DNA of 64,000 bases, from positions 248,001 to 312,000 of the forward strand of contig NW_026515690.1 in NCBI RefSeq assembly GCF_025526975.1, written 5' to 3'. Position numbers and translations under genes: made by a program. Below are positions 12,501 through 25,501 of the stretch, in pieces. This stretch comes from Fimicolochytrium jonesii (taxonomy: Eukaryota). The notes under the pieces were generated by a model. That model saw only the letters and a program-made list of their open reading frames with translations, did no database searches and was not told where the DNA came from. Numbering within the stretch: position 1 is the stretch's first letter; each line of letters opens with the position of its first letter.

Positions 12501-13758
12501 CCGTGGATGTTGCCGTCGCCGTTGTGCGGTAAGTGGATACCGTTGTAGCCGTCGAAAGTGAAATCGCCGTTGTCGTGGAAGTGGCGGTTGCAGTAGTGCG
12601 GTAAGTGGACACACTCGTAGCCGTCGAAAGTGAAATCGCCGTCGTTGTGGAAGTGGCGGTTGCGGTTGTGCGGTAAGTGGACACACTAGTAGCCGTTGAA
12701 AGTGAAATCGCCGTTGTTGTGGAAGTGGCGGTTGCGGTTGTGCGGTAAGTGGACACACTAGTAGCTGTCGAGAGTGAAATCGCCGTTGTCGTCGATGTTG
12801 CAGTGGCCGTTGTGCGATAGGTCGACACACTAGTAGCTGTTGCAGTCGTTGTGGAAGTGGCCGTGGCGGTCGTCCGCTGCGTGGAAACGCTCGTAGCGGT
12901 GGCCGTGGTGGTCGAGGTGGCGGTGGCTGTCGCCGTCGTGCGCTGCGTGGTCGTAACCGTGGACGTCGTGCGCTGTGTGGAAATGGATGTCGTAGTCGTT
13001 CCGCCAGCAGGCGTGGGAGAGTACACCTTGAAGTAAACTTTTCGAGGGAGAGGAGTTAGCCCATACATCCGCCATCGAAACGCAGCAAGACAAACTCACC
13101 TCCTCCCGAGATATCTTTATTGCCAGAAACATTCGAGTCCAGCAAGTAGAAGTCTACGGTGGTATCGGCGGTGGAGGTGATATAAACGATGTACTCGCGT
13201 GTAGCGCTACATTGCCACGGAAAGGAAGCCATTAGCCGGGAGGCGCTCGATAACTCCGGAGTGCTTGAAGCGGGGAACTTACAGGCCACCCGTTGGGCAG
13301 TAGCTATTTCCGTTCGTCCAGAAAGCCAGAGGCTTGGTGGCCGCGCAAGTAACGCCGAGGGCGGTGGAGAAGAATCCCGCATTTGGACCCCATCCGTTTG
13401 CATCACACCCTGTCCCGCCGTCCGCGGTGGATGAGGTGTAAATGCAAATAGGATCGACCGAATTTCCGTAGTGATCGTACAACCCAGTTCCGATAAGCTT
13501 ATAGGTCACTGCGAATGGAACGTCGTATTACAAGTAGTCTCAGTGAGGCGTTGGGCCAAATACTCCCAACTTACCTCCTGCCTTGAGCGTATTGGTATAT
13601 TGCGGCACGTTATTCTTGGTGACATCCATATGGATTGAGCTATGCAGTGTGTCCCAATCGTATCCCGCCGGGGCATTGAAAGTACGAGTAATGGCGGCAT
13701 ACACAGGTGCGAGCAACAGCGAGGCCATCGCCATCGCCAATTTCAACGGGGACCTCAT
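9571..13758 (-). CDS. type I membrane, Thr-rich mucin-like surface protein (~1327 aa) with signal peptide, N-terminal globular domain and cytoplasmic double NPLY tail
   Basis: Exons 13758-13575, 13508-13283, 13206-13100, 13037-9571 (3984 nt, frame-consistent, GT-AG). Signal MRSPLKLAMAMASLLLAPVYAA, ~1050-aa Thr-rich stalk, TM AAAASIGGGIAALGAVSAAVFV followed by RRRR, tail ...VNPLYTAPEGMHENPLYEDTGMIEY. Confidence 0.9.
10500..10995 (-). repeat. coding tandem repeat, 180-bp (60-aa) unit, ~3 copies
   Basis: Lines at 10561, 10741 and 10921 are near-identical. Unit STEVDNFYYTSYSTVTSVSVRPASTVT... Confidence 0.9.
12525..12850 (-). repeat. coding tandem repeat, 72-bp (24-aa) unit, ~4.5 copies
   Basis: agtgaaatcgccgt recurs every 72 bp. 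Unit TATSVSTYRTTATATSTTTAISLS. Confidence 0.9.
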
Positions 13759-15137
13759 GCTGAACTGCTTGGGTATCTGGGGTATTGACAACTTTCGACG
13801 AACTCAACGGAAGTTGACAAAGAACTCTACTCTGGAGAAAAGTTTCGGGCAAAGTGTTTCGTCTATAGTGTGAAGGCCAGGGCGCCGCTGGACAGTTTTC
13901 CAACATATATCCTGTTGAGCCGGAATGCAGGCAGGATGCATCCCTGGCTCAGAGTTTGAGCCATACTCGTTTGGTCAACATTCCTTTGCCGGAAAACGTG
14001 CCAAATTTAGAGACCTGCCTGTCCGGTTGATGAGCGTAAACAAATGACATAACCGCCAGATTGTGTCCCTCTATCCTCAGTGTCGCAGCTCGATTGTAAT
14101 ATGGAGTTGCTTGTAGCATTTTGCCGATGCGATCGAGCTTTGTTTGCTGGGTTCGTGCAAAGCCACGACTTTTTTCATCGGATTGTAGATTGTGTTCATC
14201 GCATATTACCCTTCGGCAGGCGTGTCCGTCGTTCATGTCGGCCGCACCCGCGTGGTTCCGCAACCTGCTAAATCCGGTATGGGAAGGGTTTTGTTCGTCT
14301 TCTTTCAGTGATGTGCTTTGCCAATGGAGCGGAGGCGGGGTTTCTTCAAGCCACACGTGGATACATTTCGACAGCGCGCCTACCCGTCATTGTTTTCCTG
14401 CCAGTTGGCATGACAGTGCTTTCCTATCACCTCCTTTCCTGCCGCTCTTCCGCAGCGGTCCTGCATGCTAGCCGCATCATCCCTTCGGCCGCTCGCAAAG
14501 GATCGAACAAAGAACTACCCGCTATTTAGCTCCGAAGAAACAGAAATTCAGGATGCTGTGACTACCATGGCACACGCTGTGATCATAATAGACAGAGCGG
14601 ACAGTTCATTCTCGAGAACTTTGGGAGAGGGGTGCGGATGATACAAAAAGGAGAGATCTGGTTCGAGCAAGCGGGGATATGAAGCAATTTGAAGACATCA
14701 AGCAGCATGAGGCAAAGATTGACGAAGAGAGCTGAGCCTCGATTCAAATAGAATTCGAGGGATGGGACGAAAGTCATCAAAAACACAAAGATGTTGGGAG
14801 GGCGGATTGAGATCAAAACCTACAAAAAGGGGAGGGAGAAGTGCTCCATGTCGAATACGCCGTGATACAAAAAGCAGAGGAGGGAAATAGAACTGATATG
14901 CTGAATCAGTGTGCGGGGGTGGGAGGGGATTGGGCGAAGTGGGTGTGTGTACAAAAAAACTATGTGCAGGTAGGTGGATCTACAGACCCAAACAACTTGT
15001 GCTGGCGGGTGCTGGGCAGCGGTCTTAAATCGCCATACAGATGGCGGAAATGGTGGAGACAGAGTGGACGAAAGTAGGTACACAAGAGGAAATGTCGAAA
15101 ACGGATCGGAGTCGTAATGTCGGGTGTTGCGGGAGTT

Positions 15138-17081
15138 TCAATGGTGATACGAAAGCGCCCATGCCCCGCCTCTCTGTTGTCCCGGCTCTGGAGCCAACTG
15201 GGGATGTTGCGCCATATCAAACTGCGCGAAAGTGTCTAGCACAGGCGGGATAGCCGACCTCGCCTTGCTGATCAGATTCGCGCTCTGACGGGCCGTTTCC
15301 GCCAGCTTTGCACCGAGGGAGCATCCGCCGCCGCCGGGCTCTCCTGGGGGTATCCCTCCCACCGGCCCCATAGCCAATCTACTCCGCTTCCGCGGAAGCG
15401 TCCCGTTGAGAACCCGCATGCCAGCCTTGGCTTTCGCGCGGGCCTGCAGCTCGCCGGTGATGCATTCGTCTCCGTGGCTGGTATGTCTCTTCAGCGCGTC
15501 GCTTCTCGCGAAGCCTTTACCGCATAATGGGCACACGTACGGCCGCTCGTTGTTGTGCAGGCGCATGTGTCGCTTCAGGTCGTGATTACGGCGAAAACAG
15601 AGGTGGCAGTCTGGGCACGGGTGTGGTTTGCCTGCGTTGTGGCCGGCGATGTGCGCTTCCTGGTCGGCTTTGCTGGCGAAGGACTCGATGCAGCCGGAGA
15701 ACGGGCACGTCAGGCGTGTTGATATCCCTACAGTACCACCACCACCACCACCTACACCTCCGCTCTCCTCCTCTCCTTCCAGCCTGTTGTAGGAGCCGTT
15801 CTCCCAAGTAGATGACTGCTGCTCGTCCCATTCGAGGGTCATATCCCGCGAGTTCGCTAACGACCCATCCTCCGACATCGCAGGATGCTGATACGTCATG
15901 TGCGGCGGAAGCCGCGGGCTCGCAAACGGGTCCTGCGAGTCATATCCCATGGTATAGTCGCCATACCCATCCGCGGTATGCGTCGACATGTTGTCCAACG
16001 AATAGCTGCTGGCGACTGAAGGTGCACCGCGATCACTGTAAACACTTGCTGTATCGTGCATGGAGACAAACTCGTCTCCAAACGGGTTCTGTAGCGCTTC
16101 CTGGTAGCTATTGAATGGGTTCTCCAAATACATCAGCGGGTTGCCGTAGACGGGGTTGGTGTCGGCAAGCACCGGTGTCTCCGTTCCCATGAGATCGTCT
16201 CCCGGCGGTAGGGCCATGTCGATGAGCTGAGTATACGTGTTGTAGGGGTAGGCGGGGTTGATGTGCGCGTTCGGAGCTCTGGCGGCCATCTGGTTAGGTT
16301 CGGCCGCCACTGCGAGGCCGTTGAAGTCCATGAGGTCGCCCATCGAATCGTTGTTGCCGGGCCTGAATGACGCTGGGGTTTGCATGAGATCGACGTAGTA
16401 CTGGGGATTGGACATGCCGGCGACAATAGCGTCGTCACCTGGGTTGGCGGGCATTGAGGGAAGTACCGGCGGAATGCACTCTGGGGCGGCGATGATACTC
16501 GATTGTCGTTGTTGTGCTGCTTGAGGAGGCTGGGGGAGTGGGGTTGCGTTGACGGGGGCATAGAGCTGCACATGCGATGAGAACTGTCTGGGAGGTAGGT
16601 GAGTTGATTCGGCGGAATGAGGCGAATGAGTATGGGAAGCACATTCCCAACAGTGTTGTCCATTGGAGTGTGAGCCGCCACATCGAGGTGTGGGAGGCTT
16701 CGGAGGGGCAGACTGGGAGGGTACGAACGACGCATCGACATGGCCGAATAATCTAGGTTTGATCGTCTGCGTCAGGTTGGGGACCGGCGCCCTGGCGGAT
16801 TGGAGGTCCGACGGAGCGCTTCGGTGCTTGACGAGGGGATTGATCTGGCGTTCGATCGTTGGCGTGCCATACTGATGAGGTGCGCCGAATTGCGGTAGGC
16901 CGAACTGCGGTACGACCGGGAAATGCAGGAAAAGGGGTGCTGGATGCCCACTTGCCTGTTTCACTTGTTGTTTGGCGGTGGTCTCCTTCGGTTTGGGCCT
17001 TGGGGCAAACTCTGGAGGTAATCGTGTGGTGGAGTCGAGGTTAGAGAGGGAGAGCGTAGTGTGTGAGCGTGAGCGGTACAT
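15138..17081 (-). CDS. C2H2 zinc-finger transcription factor (3 fingers, 647 aa)
   Basis: CPFSGC..HIAGH, linker NAGKPHP, CPDC..FRRNHDLKRHMRLH, linker NNERPYV, CPLC..FARSDALKRHTSH. Long low-complexity N-terminus. Confidence 0.9.
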   Translation of the reverse strand: MYRSRSHTTLSLSNLDSTTRLPPEFAPRPKPKETTAKQQVKQASGHPAPLFLHFPVVPQFGLPQFGAPHQYGTPTIERQINPLVKHRSAPSDLQSARAPVPNLTQTIKPRLFGHVDASFVPSQSAPPKPPTPRCGGSHSNGQHCWECASHTHSPHSAESTHLPPRQFSSHVQLYAPVNATPLPQPPQAAQQRQSSIIAAPECIPPVLPSMPANPGDDAIVAGMSNPQYYVDLMQTPASFRPGNNDSMGDLMDFNGLAVAAEPNQMAARAPNAHINPAYPYNTYTQLIDMALPPGDDLMGTETPVLADTNPVYGNPLMYLENPFNSYQEALQNPFGDEFVSMHDTASVYSDRGAPSVASSYSLDNMSTHTADGYGDYTMGYDSQDPFASPRLPPHMTYQHPAMSEDGSLANSRDMTLEWDEQQSSTWENGSYNRLEGEEESGGVGGGGGGTVGISTRLTCPFSGCIESFASKADQEAHIAGHNAGKPHPCPDCHLCFRRNHDLKRHMRLHNNERPYVCPLCGKGFARSDALKRHTSHGDECITGELQARAKAKAGMRVLNGTLPRKRSRLAMGPVGGIPPGEPGGGGCSLGAKLAETARQSANLISKARSAIPPVLDTFAQFDMAQHPQLAPEPGQQRGGAWALSYHH

Positions 17082-20000
17082 GTTGAGGAAGTTGATGTGG
17101 AAATTGAATGGAAGAATGTGCGAGGGGTTTCGGCTCTAGGGCCTTCGTTGGCGAGAGTAATCCCGTATGTAGCAGCTAGGAGATAACGGTGTGTCGACGA
17201 GAATGCTGTAAGGTCGACGCAAGGCTTCAGATGCAAGCATTTTCCGGCCAACGTAGGCTGCGAAGACCTTTTTTTTTCCTTTCCGAAGGAGCAGCTCCGA
17301 ATCAAGATCTGTGCTGAGAAGTGTGATATCAGAGGACCAGAATCGGTTGATGCGTTGTTGGTGGAACGAGGAACTTGATGAACTTTATTCCTTCGGGGCG
17401 GTACAAGAGGTTCAACACCAAAACTTTTCCGGGGCGCTCGGGCTGAGACGAGGGTAGATATGTACAAGACGGCAAAAGGGTTGGACAAGTTTGAGGGGGG
17501 ACAGACGCCGGATCTCAAGCTCAACTTTCCGGCGGTCGGTTGGATCGGCAAGGACGGCAGGTTTGTAACTCTTGGTGCCGTGGGTGTCGTCGGATTGACG
17601 CACAATTTACCTCGCAAAAAAAGGGATAGCGAGGGGTTGTATGGAAACTTCTCCGGGAGACGAGAGCAACGGGAAAAGACGAGGGTCGCACCGATATCGC
17701 TCTTCACCCTCCTTGGTCCAAAATTGAAAGATCCTTCGCTTCTTTCAAATTTTGAATATCGTGGGGATTCTTCTAGCGTCCAAAAGCAATGGCCCATGAA
17801 CGAGTGAGCAATACGGTGTACGTTGCCATACACCTCGGAGTAGTGGTCCTACGACCTGTCGCGCCGGTCGCCTAAATCACGTCTGCTTATCGAGCATCGC
17901 CCCAAAGTATCCTCCGTTTGCCTAAACGTCTTCTGCCGAGGCTTGCGCCGGGTATTGGTTCACCAGCTTATCGACATCGCCCACTGGCCCATGTGAAGCG
18001 ATGGTTTTTTCGCGGAAATCCTACACTTTTTGCGCATTCCATCGCAAAGCCGGGTTGTTCCAGGCACATACGCCGCTAAGAGACTCCCATACCCGGGCCC
18101 CGCTTCCGCGAGAGCGGATCTCTGCATAGCCTCTGTCGAGAGCGCGATACGATATCAATACCGCACACCTCCGTCACATACAGTCGTTCATGGGACGCCC
18201 TGCCTCAGCATCAGCGACCACAGAACCAAACCGTAAATCGACGGTGTGTGTGACCCAGCGACTCGGTTTCCAGGTACGAAGTTAGGACCGAGTTGGTGTG
18301 ATTACGACATGCGCCGTCGGTGCGACGGATCCCTGCGAAGATCGCTCTATAGTAGTTCGTATTGGTTTTGGAGCTGGTTGTGCATGTAAAATAAAGAACG
18401 TATTATTGGACGTTTTGGGGCTATCGGGGGTGGGTTGTATGCCTTGCGGCCTGGCAAAATCCACGGAGGGTGTGAAAATACATAAACCACGGAAGCAACG
18501 CGTTGAACCATTTGCGTTGCAGATTCCATTTCAACAAACCCCATTGCAGCGATAGACCAGAACGGTCGACCTGCGAACCCCACTGTTACGCTGCTTTTCT
18601 GCGCGTAGATTACCCAGCATCCACGGCGACGAAGAAAGGATCTGTCAAATTGATGCGAGATTCACGTTCGGAAAAAACTCAGGGTTCTTGGCACGAACGG
18701 TATGTCATGGACAAAAGTCTCGCAGGCTAAATTATCATGGACATGTGAACGTGCACCGGCGGAACCATGTTAACCAACCAGGGGCATCGCGTATGGGCCT
18801 CGAGAAGTGGGGCTGCGTGCGGTGCGGCTCGTGCGGGCGTTGTCAAAGGAGATGAGGCTTTCGCTACGTACGGTCAGCGCGAGCAGCAACGCAATCGCCG
18901 CGTTCCTTGCAAATATGCGCAAATGGCCCTGATATCAATTTGAGATGCCTCCGAAGCCTCCATTCGTTCGAATATTGACCTGCACCCCTGAACACGTCCA
19001 CGACGTTCGCTAACCTTGAAACGATGTTAGGACTCAACGCTCTTCGCGTTCTTCAAATTTGACACGGCAGAGATACGATAACGATGTACTGTACTGTACA
19101 GTACGTGATTCTGTTCGGGGCGCAGTTCACACGCATACCATAGCGCGCGCATTCTGCCGTTCTACCGACGATGCTGTGATTAAAAAGTTGAGGGAGCATG
19201 CTTGGATGTGCTATAGATGAAGAGATCCTCGCAGAACTGACTGCCATGGCGACCTCGACGGCATCTCATCATATTCAAACTTTGCAAACCACTCGACACT
19301 GCAGGGCTCCATCCTTCGAGGACAAAAAGGACACTGCTGTTACGAACAGGTTAAGACACAATGCGATATTTTAGAAATTTCCACAATTTGCGATGCACCA
19401 AGCAGAAGCGTCAGGGTCGTGTAACCTTGCAGCCGCGCGCGCGGGAAACTGTGAAATTAAAACAATGCCACAATGGGAGACGGCGGCAGGTTGGAGCCAT
19501 ATAATGTCATTACCGTGACCGTGGATTAGAGACTGATCGCCGATCTGGGAAACAGAGCTAAGCCTCGACGATGGTGGGCGTTCTATCACATGAGGCAATG
19601 CGGCCGCTACTTTTAGTGGAAACTCATATCGATGGTTGTCAAGTTGTCGGTACGTGTAGCAAATGAGAGGTTGCCAAGTTGCAGCCACCATGACCCGGAC
19701 GACGTTGAATCCACCCGGCGCATCCGTCCAACTGACGCAACCGCCTCCAAGGACTCGAGACCCTCTGTACTGTAGTACATGTACTGTACAAAGCACAGGG
19801 CTTTGCGATCATCCATCAAGATTACACAGGGCGTCGGCCGACGGTTTTCCCTCGCATATTTGGCTGTGACTGCGAATGTGATAGCATCATGCGCATGTCA
19901 GGAGCTTGCGGTATTGTTGATCATGCAGCAGCTACGACGCGTAGCGCGCGACTTGGATTTTGTCACCTCTGAATCTCTGATCGACAGCGCCCGAGTCACC

Positions 20001-21320
20001 AACTCCGCTCGGTGCTTGCAGAGTTGCGCCCAGGGCTGGTGTATACAGTACGTAGGGCAGGATCAAAAACTCCTCGTCGGAGTCGTCTGGATGACAGGAT
20101 TAAGTATTTAACTCCTGATCAAGTGGTGGTGATTCGTGAAGCATCCAAAGGACCCGAACGACGTTGCGACATCTCGGAGGATGACTCAATAGTACAAGCC
20201 TTCATGTTACATTTCTGTGGCCTGTATGTGTCATCGACAGATAAGTCACCCTGAATCTGAACGTTGGACGAGGAAGATTGAGGCTGACGGTCATCACTGA
20301 CTTCTCAGAACACCCCGTCTGCAATGGCTCTGTGGCAGAGGCACACTTCAAAATCGCAATGTACAGTCAGGCACAATAAAGCTGGTTATCCCCGTACTAA
20401 GTCAGTGCACACGCGTCGCGCCGCCGGCCCAGCCGTGGATAACGAGCTTTATTGTGCCTGACTGTATGTGACAGAGCTTGTGCAAGTTGCATGTGTTTCG
20501 TGCAGCATTTCGCGAGCCCGAAACCGCAATGCCACGTCGGAGGATTGGGATGCTGGTGGGGGCTGGAGTTAACTTGTGCATCACCTCACACTGACGAAAG
20601 CCCGCTCTAGTACGACTGGGACAGTTGAGATCAAGATCCCGCGTTGCTGGAATCATTGAACAGTATGCGTCGCACCATACCATACTACCTCACAAAGTGC
20701 TGGGCGTCGACCTGCGCTTCCTCAGCCTGTTGCTCCGAAATCCGACGTTCCAATCGTTCCATTGGTGCAGGCAAGTTACGAACGAGTCGCACGCAACTGT
20801 TTATGGAGACTATACAGTTGATTTTATTCCGAATCACGTGATGAGCTCTCCACATCTCAGAAGAGACGAGATCTATTCGCAAAGTAAGCATCAACGATGG
20901 TTCAGAAAGGAACTACGTGGGTATTATCTTCTGGGGTGCGACTGCCGGGTCGTTGAATGAGTTTCACTGATTGACGGTTCCTTCGATATAGGGCGGACTC
21001 GTTTCTGGGGTTTCAGAGGATTCCCACGATTCCTACGGATAAGAAGGCGACAACAACACTCCACAGATATGACGAACTAGCTATCTACAGAACACAGCGG
21101 AAATCTTCCTTGAGGAGCCTAACCTTCGCTGGCAACTGAGCGGTTACCGGACCTCACCCCCTTCTCTTCTGGCGCCGACGGACTTCGTGTCACAGACCCC
21201 ATAGTGAGCCGGGACGCAGTACAATCTGTACAAGGCATTCATATCGGTAGCGTTGGATGTCCGACTGCCGAGGTGGGGTTGTTGACTTAAAGGGCCTGAA
21301 GTCGTGAGGTTGGTTGACGT

Positions 21321-22700
21321 ATGGCGGGAAACCCACAATCGATGGTTATTGGCCAAGCAAAACATCGACGACCCAGTTCAAACGGTCGCCAAGCGACAGC
21401 GCAGCCTTGCGATGGACGAGATCCGGGTGCCTCGAGAGTACATAAAGCGGCATCACGTGAGACCCTTGATATGATCAATAAGATGCGAGAGCACCTTGAA
21501 AAAAGGTTCGGGTGCTCAGGCTCCAAGCCATCGGACAGGGGAACAAGTTCCATCAGGATCGCAAGAAGATAACTGAGCTCTCCGAGGAGCATTTGAACTG
21601 CGCCATCGATGCGCTTCCTTGGGCGAGAATGCCGTCAGAGCGCGAGCCCCTTTCGTTGGTGCACCGCAGCTAGCTTAGACCAGGCTTCCCAAGCCGTCTG
21701 AGCTGTATGCACATGCATAAGCTGCGCCGAGCACATTTTGGAAGCATCGCGTTGAGCCCGTTGCCGGAAAGGGCGGCCATCGACGAAACTATGGTGGAGA
21801 ATGGTTCGCCGTGCTTGGGTGCCTCCCCCGCTCCTTCCGGCGCGGAAGCTACACTAAGGCTGTTCATCACCGAACACCCTATGAAGGAGATTTAGGAAGC
21901 ATCGCCGCAACTGGGCACAGCGTTCGCGACTGGACTAGCTATGGAGGCGTATGATGATTAAGCGGCTTTCCAAAACCTTGGACAAGTCCCATCAACGCTA
22001 AGGACCTGCAGAAGAATCGAGGAACTTCCGAGGAACCACCTTACCGGACTTGTGTGTTCTGAACGCAAATTTGCGTCAAAGGAAATCTCCCACGCTGTAC
22101 AGTCGCTACCCGCCGTCCGTCGGGATGGGATCGTTCACATCTTCTATGAACGCAACAAGCGCTGGGTCCCGCGTGCTCGAGCTGGGAGCCGATATCCGAA
22201 ACCTGAGACCACTCACTTGATCTGAAGATCCTATTATGGCCGGGTACTTGCAAATGTCTTGAAAGCAGTTCGGTATGAAGATAACACGGCAGCACCACAA
22301 GCCCCGCAAGCTCTTCCTGGTGGGATCCTTGTCTTCCCCCCTGCAAAAGAATTCTGGTGGAGCTTCTTGGCGGCAAGGAGGATTGGGACGTGTGGGACGA
22401 CCTGCTTTTCAGCCACCCGGTGTTCCTGCAGATGCCAGTGAGCCTGAACGCTTGTTCTACAAGATGATTCGAGGGAGCCTGTGGCAAGCTTGGGAGAAGC
22501 TTATGCCACGAACGCAGGTAACCGCAGACAACCACGAGCGGTCGGCGTGGGTTGATCACGTCGTTGGCTGGTTCTCCCCTTTGCGATTCACGAAGCTTGT
22601 CAATTGGCGTTGGTGCGAATTCAAGTATCGATCGCGAGACGTCGCTATCCACACCGATCAGGGATACACCGTAGATCGCATGTAGGCGGATGTCTACCAA
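21321..22700 (+). pseudogene. degenerate gene, possibly a PD-(D/E)XK nuclease-like / Crinkler-like C-terminal domain
   Basis: Protein-like fragments across frames with many stops. The best segment, HERSAWVDHVVGWFSPLRFTKLVNWRWCEFKYRS, resembles the ER..WV..V.P.F...WCE pattern I associate with such proteins in early-diverging fungi (not verified). Confidence 0.4.
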
Positions 22701-23486
22701 ATACAACAATTACCACCATGCTCTGCTTTGCGACAGAGCAAGTCCTCATAAATGAGGCACAGGAAGACCCGCTTCTGTCGAATATGCCGCAATCGTGGTG
22801 GACGAGGCGCATATGCGCACACTAGTTGTAGACCCGTCTCACGGCTGCACTGTGCATCGCCATCACGATGTAGTTCAACCCACAGCGCCAAGAGATCAAC
22901 GTCGTTCTCCCTGACGCGATTTACTGAACGGCCTCGCCGAGGACGTGAACGCCAAAAGTTGTTGCGATTGTCGTTGCGTATGCCTAGACGTACCGCGCGA
23001 GCTTCATCCAGATTATGGCCTACAATGGCAAAGGATGGGCGTGTCTGTAATTGTCGGGGTACGGGATGACAGATATACAGATCCGGCTGTCGAACAACTA
23101 CCAATCACACCTAAAGATAGTCGAGACTTCTCCCACTGCTTTGTACGACGCTTTTTTTGGTGGGCAAGGGCCTGGCGTCGAGCACCACCGAAGAAACTCG
23201 ATGTTCCCGTCCATTTCATCAAGGTGCGGCGAAGCAGCACAGCAAGGGTGCGAGAGCTGCAATGACCGCAGAAGTAAAGGTAGCGGCACGCTGGGCGAGG
23301 GTGCTGGGTTAATGATGGTATGCACCCGGGGAGATTGACATCATCACCCCCATATCGAGCACAACCCGATATTATCCGGTCGAAGTCCGCCGTGCCCGCC
23401 GCGAACAGGGCGAAGTTCGTTGCGATTCGCCAAACTCCCCCGCGAACTCGAAGAAGAAGCCAGTGTCATTCGCAGTTCGTTTGACA

Positions 23487-23560
23487 CTCGTTTTTGGGAT
23501 GGAGAATCCCGCAAAAACTTGAGGACCTCGTTTTTGGGATGGAGAATCCTGCAGAAAACC
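23487..23560. repeat. 40-bp tandem duplication
   Basis: ctcgtttttgggatggagaatcc occurs at 23487 and 23527. Confidence 0.9.
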
Positions 23561-25470
23561 CCCACAGCGGCAGTGGTCCCGACCACCCAAATGCCAGGGG
23601 CGCAGTAGGCATCGTTTCTGTTGATTGGGTTCGAAGGCATCGAGAAGACGGTCACGATCATCAGCATCGTTCCGACCGACTGCCTCTCAATGTTCAGAGG
23701 ATGGCCCGAGGCAGAACTTGGTTTTGTGTGTGCAGGGGAAATGGTCGTTGGGAACACCATTTGCGTTGACCAAAAGTAGCCGATGCGTTTCACTGACGAA
23801 GCTGAGGTGACCGTCGTACAGTAGCTACCGCACACGGCAACTTGGGAACACCTGCACGCGCAGGTCACTGGCGTATCATAATGACTGCAACTCGGATCGC
23901 ACAGGAAGCAGGCGGGATAACCGCAGGTGGACAAGAAGGGACCAAACGGCCTCATACGGGCACGTATTTGAACAACGAAACGACAACGACAGAGGACAAG
24001 TCGCGACATGGGGAACCAGCACACCTCTCTCCCCACTTTTCCTCGATCGTTGTTCGTTTTCAGTTGTTGGAACACCCCAAAATCGATGGAAGGCGGCTAC
24101 CGTCAGGTAGACGAGACAGAACATCGAGACCCTCAACGGAAAGGCATTCAATGTCGGATCCATCTCATCGTCACATCCTTTTTCTCTTTCTCTCATCACA
24201 ATCGAACACACACAAGGTTGGGTCCAATACCCTCCGCAACCTGCTTTCCATCCGCTTTTCCATTCCGTTGAGATACGCTGCCCCTTCCGCTCACCAGCCT
24301 ATGTATTCCGGAGCAAGCGCATCAGTTGCCCAATAAAAGTGACCGACAAGACGTCAGGCGACAAGCCAATTCATCAGGATCCGAATTTCCCTTCGTTTAC
24401 GATCGATCTGAAGCGATACACGCTGTGGAAAGACGGGCTCATACCCGCCGACGCCATCTGGGATTCGGAAAATGATCTGCGGGAAAACGAATAGGTCGAG
24501 GAGGCATTAGGTGCGTCCATGGAGCCATCGGGATGTGCCGGGACTCATCGTCCACGTATACAAGGTTTGAAAAACGCTTCGCTTTTTTCAGATTTCCATC
24601 GCGCAGGGATGTGGGACAGGGATGTAGGGCCCCGTTCTGCTCGCCCCACCTGTATTCCGGAACGAGGACATTTGGTGCCACTTTTTACGGAGGTCAGAGA
24701 ACCCAGGTTGCTCTCCGGGATGGGGGTGTTGGCGGGAGGGTTATGATTATGGCATCGCTGGCATTCTCCATATGTTCCGCGAAATCTCCGAACCTGGGGA
24801 AGATGACGGAACGATTAGCCGGGCAGCCGAAGCCATTGGGTGAACACCACCATGGCCGGATGGACGACCTTGAAGAAAGGTTCTCGCCTGGCAAACCCTT
24901 TGAGAGGGGTGGAAGGATTTCACACGGAGGTCTTCGTATCCGATGCAGGTGGTTCGGACACGAATGCCCATCGTTGTTTTACAAGCATCCAAGGAATATC
25001 GAACGGGTGTTCCACAGCACACAGACGGAAACATGTAGCCATCTCCGTCCAACATCACATTTGGGAGACATACACCCAGATCTGTCGTTTTCTTCCTGTG
25101 CCCTCGACCACGTTGGATGTGGTCCGCGGTCGTGGGTGTCCATCCGCTTCAGGCTAGCTGGCGTTACAGCTGTTGGCGGTATGCTCACAATACAGGAGAA
25201 GGTTGCACGCCGTGGGGCATCAACGCCCGACATCCATCTTGATCCCCCGGCTGGGTCATCAGATTCTATGCCCGCAACTCAAAGCGCCTCGACGGATGGT
25301 TCACAGCGTAGTGTTGATGTCTCAATCGGGCATGTATTCATCAAACACATGGGGTGGTTTGGCCGTTGAGTGTCTACAGTAGTACCCATCTATTCTCTTG
25401 CTTTGGACCGATTCCCCAGTTCCAAACCCGCTCTGAGCTCAGGTGCAGTCTCTAATTCCCCCCCCCCCGC

Positions 25471-25501
<31 letters not shown>

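Noticed and set aside
9653..13036. Multiple Val/Ala-rich plus-strand ORFs
   Set aside because: Antisense shadows of the Thr-rich repetitive CDS.
16961..17833. 290-aa minus-strand ORF overlapping the start of the C2H2 gene
   Set aside because: Non-ATG start, no recognisable domain, UTR-like composition.
19085..19790. tactgtac/tacagta palindromic motifs (also at ~9018)
   Set aside because: Short low-complexity motifs with no larger structure.
23487..23560. CRISPR-like repeat pair
   Set aside because: Only two copies, no cas genes, eukaryotic context; a simple tandem duplication.
22830..25380. Protein-like snippets, including a possible HNH-like PNH..FDEY near 25340-25365 on the minus strand
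   Set aside because: Needs an assumed frameshift and has no supporting motifs; may be decayed genes but cannot be supported.
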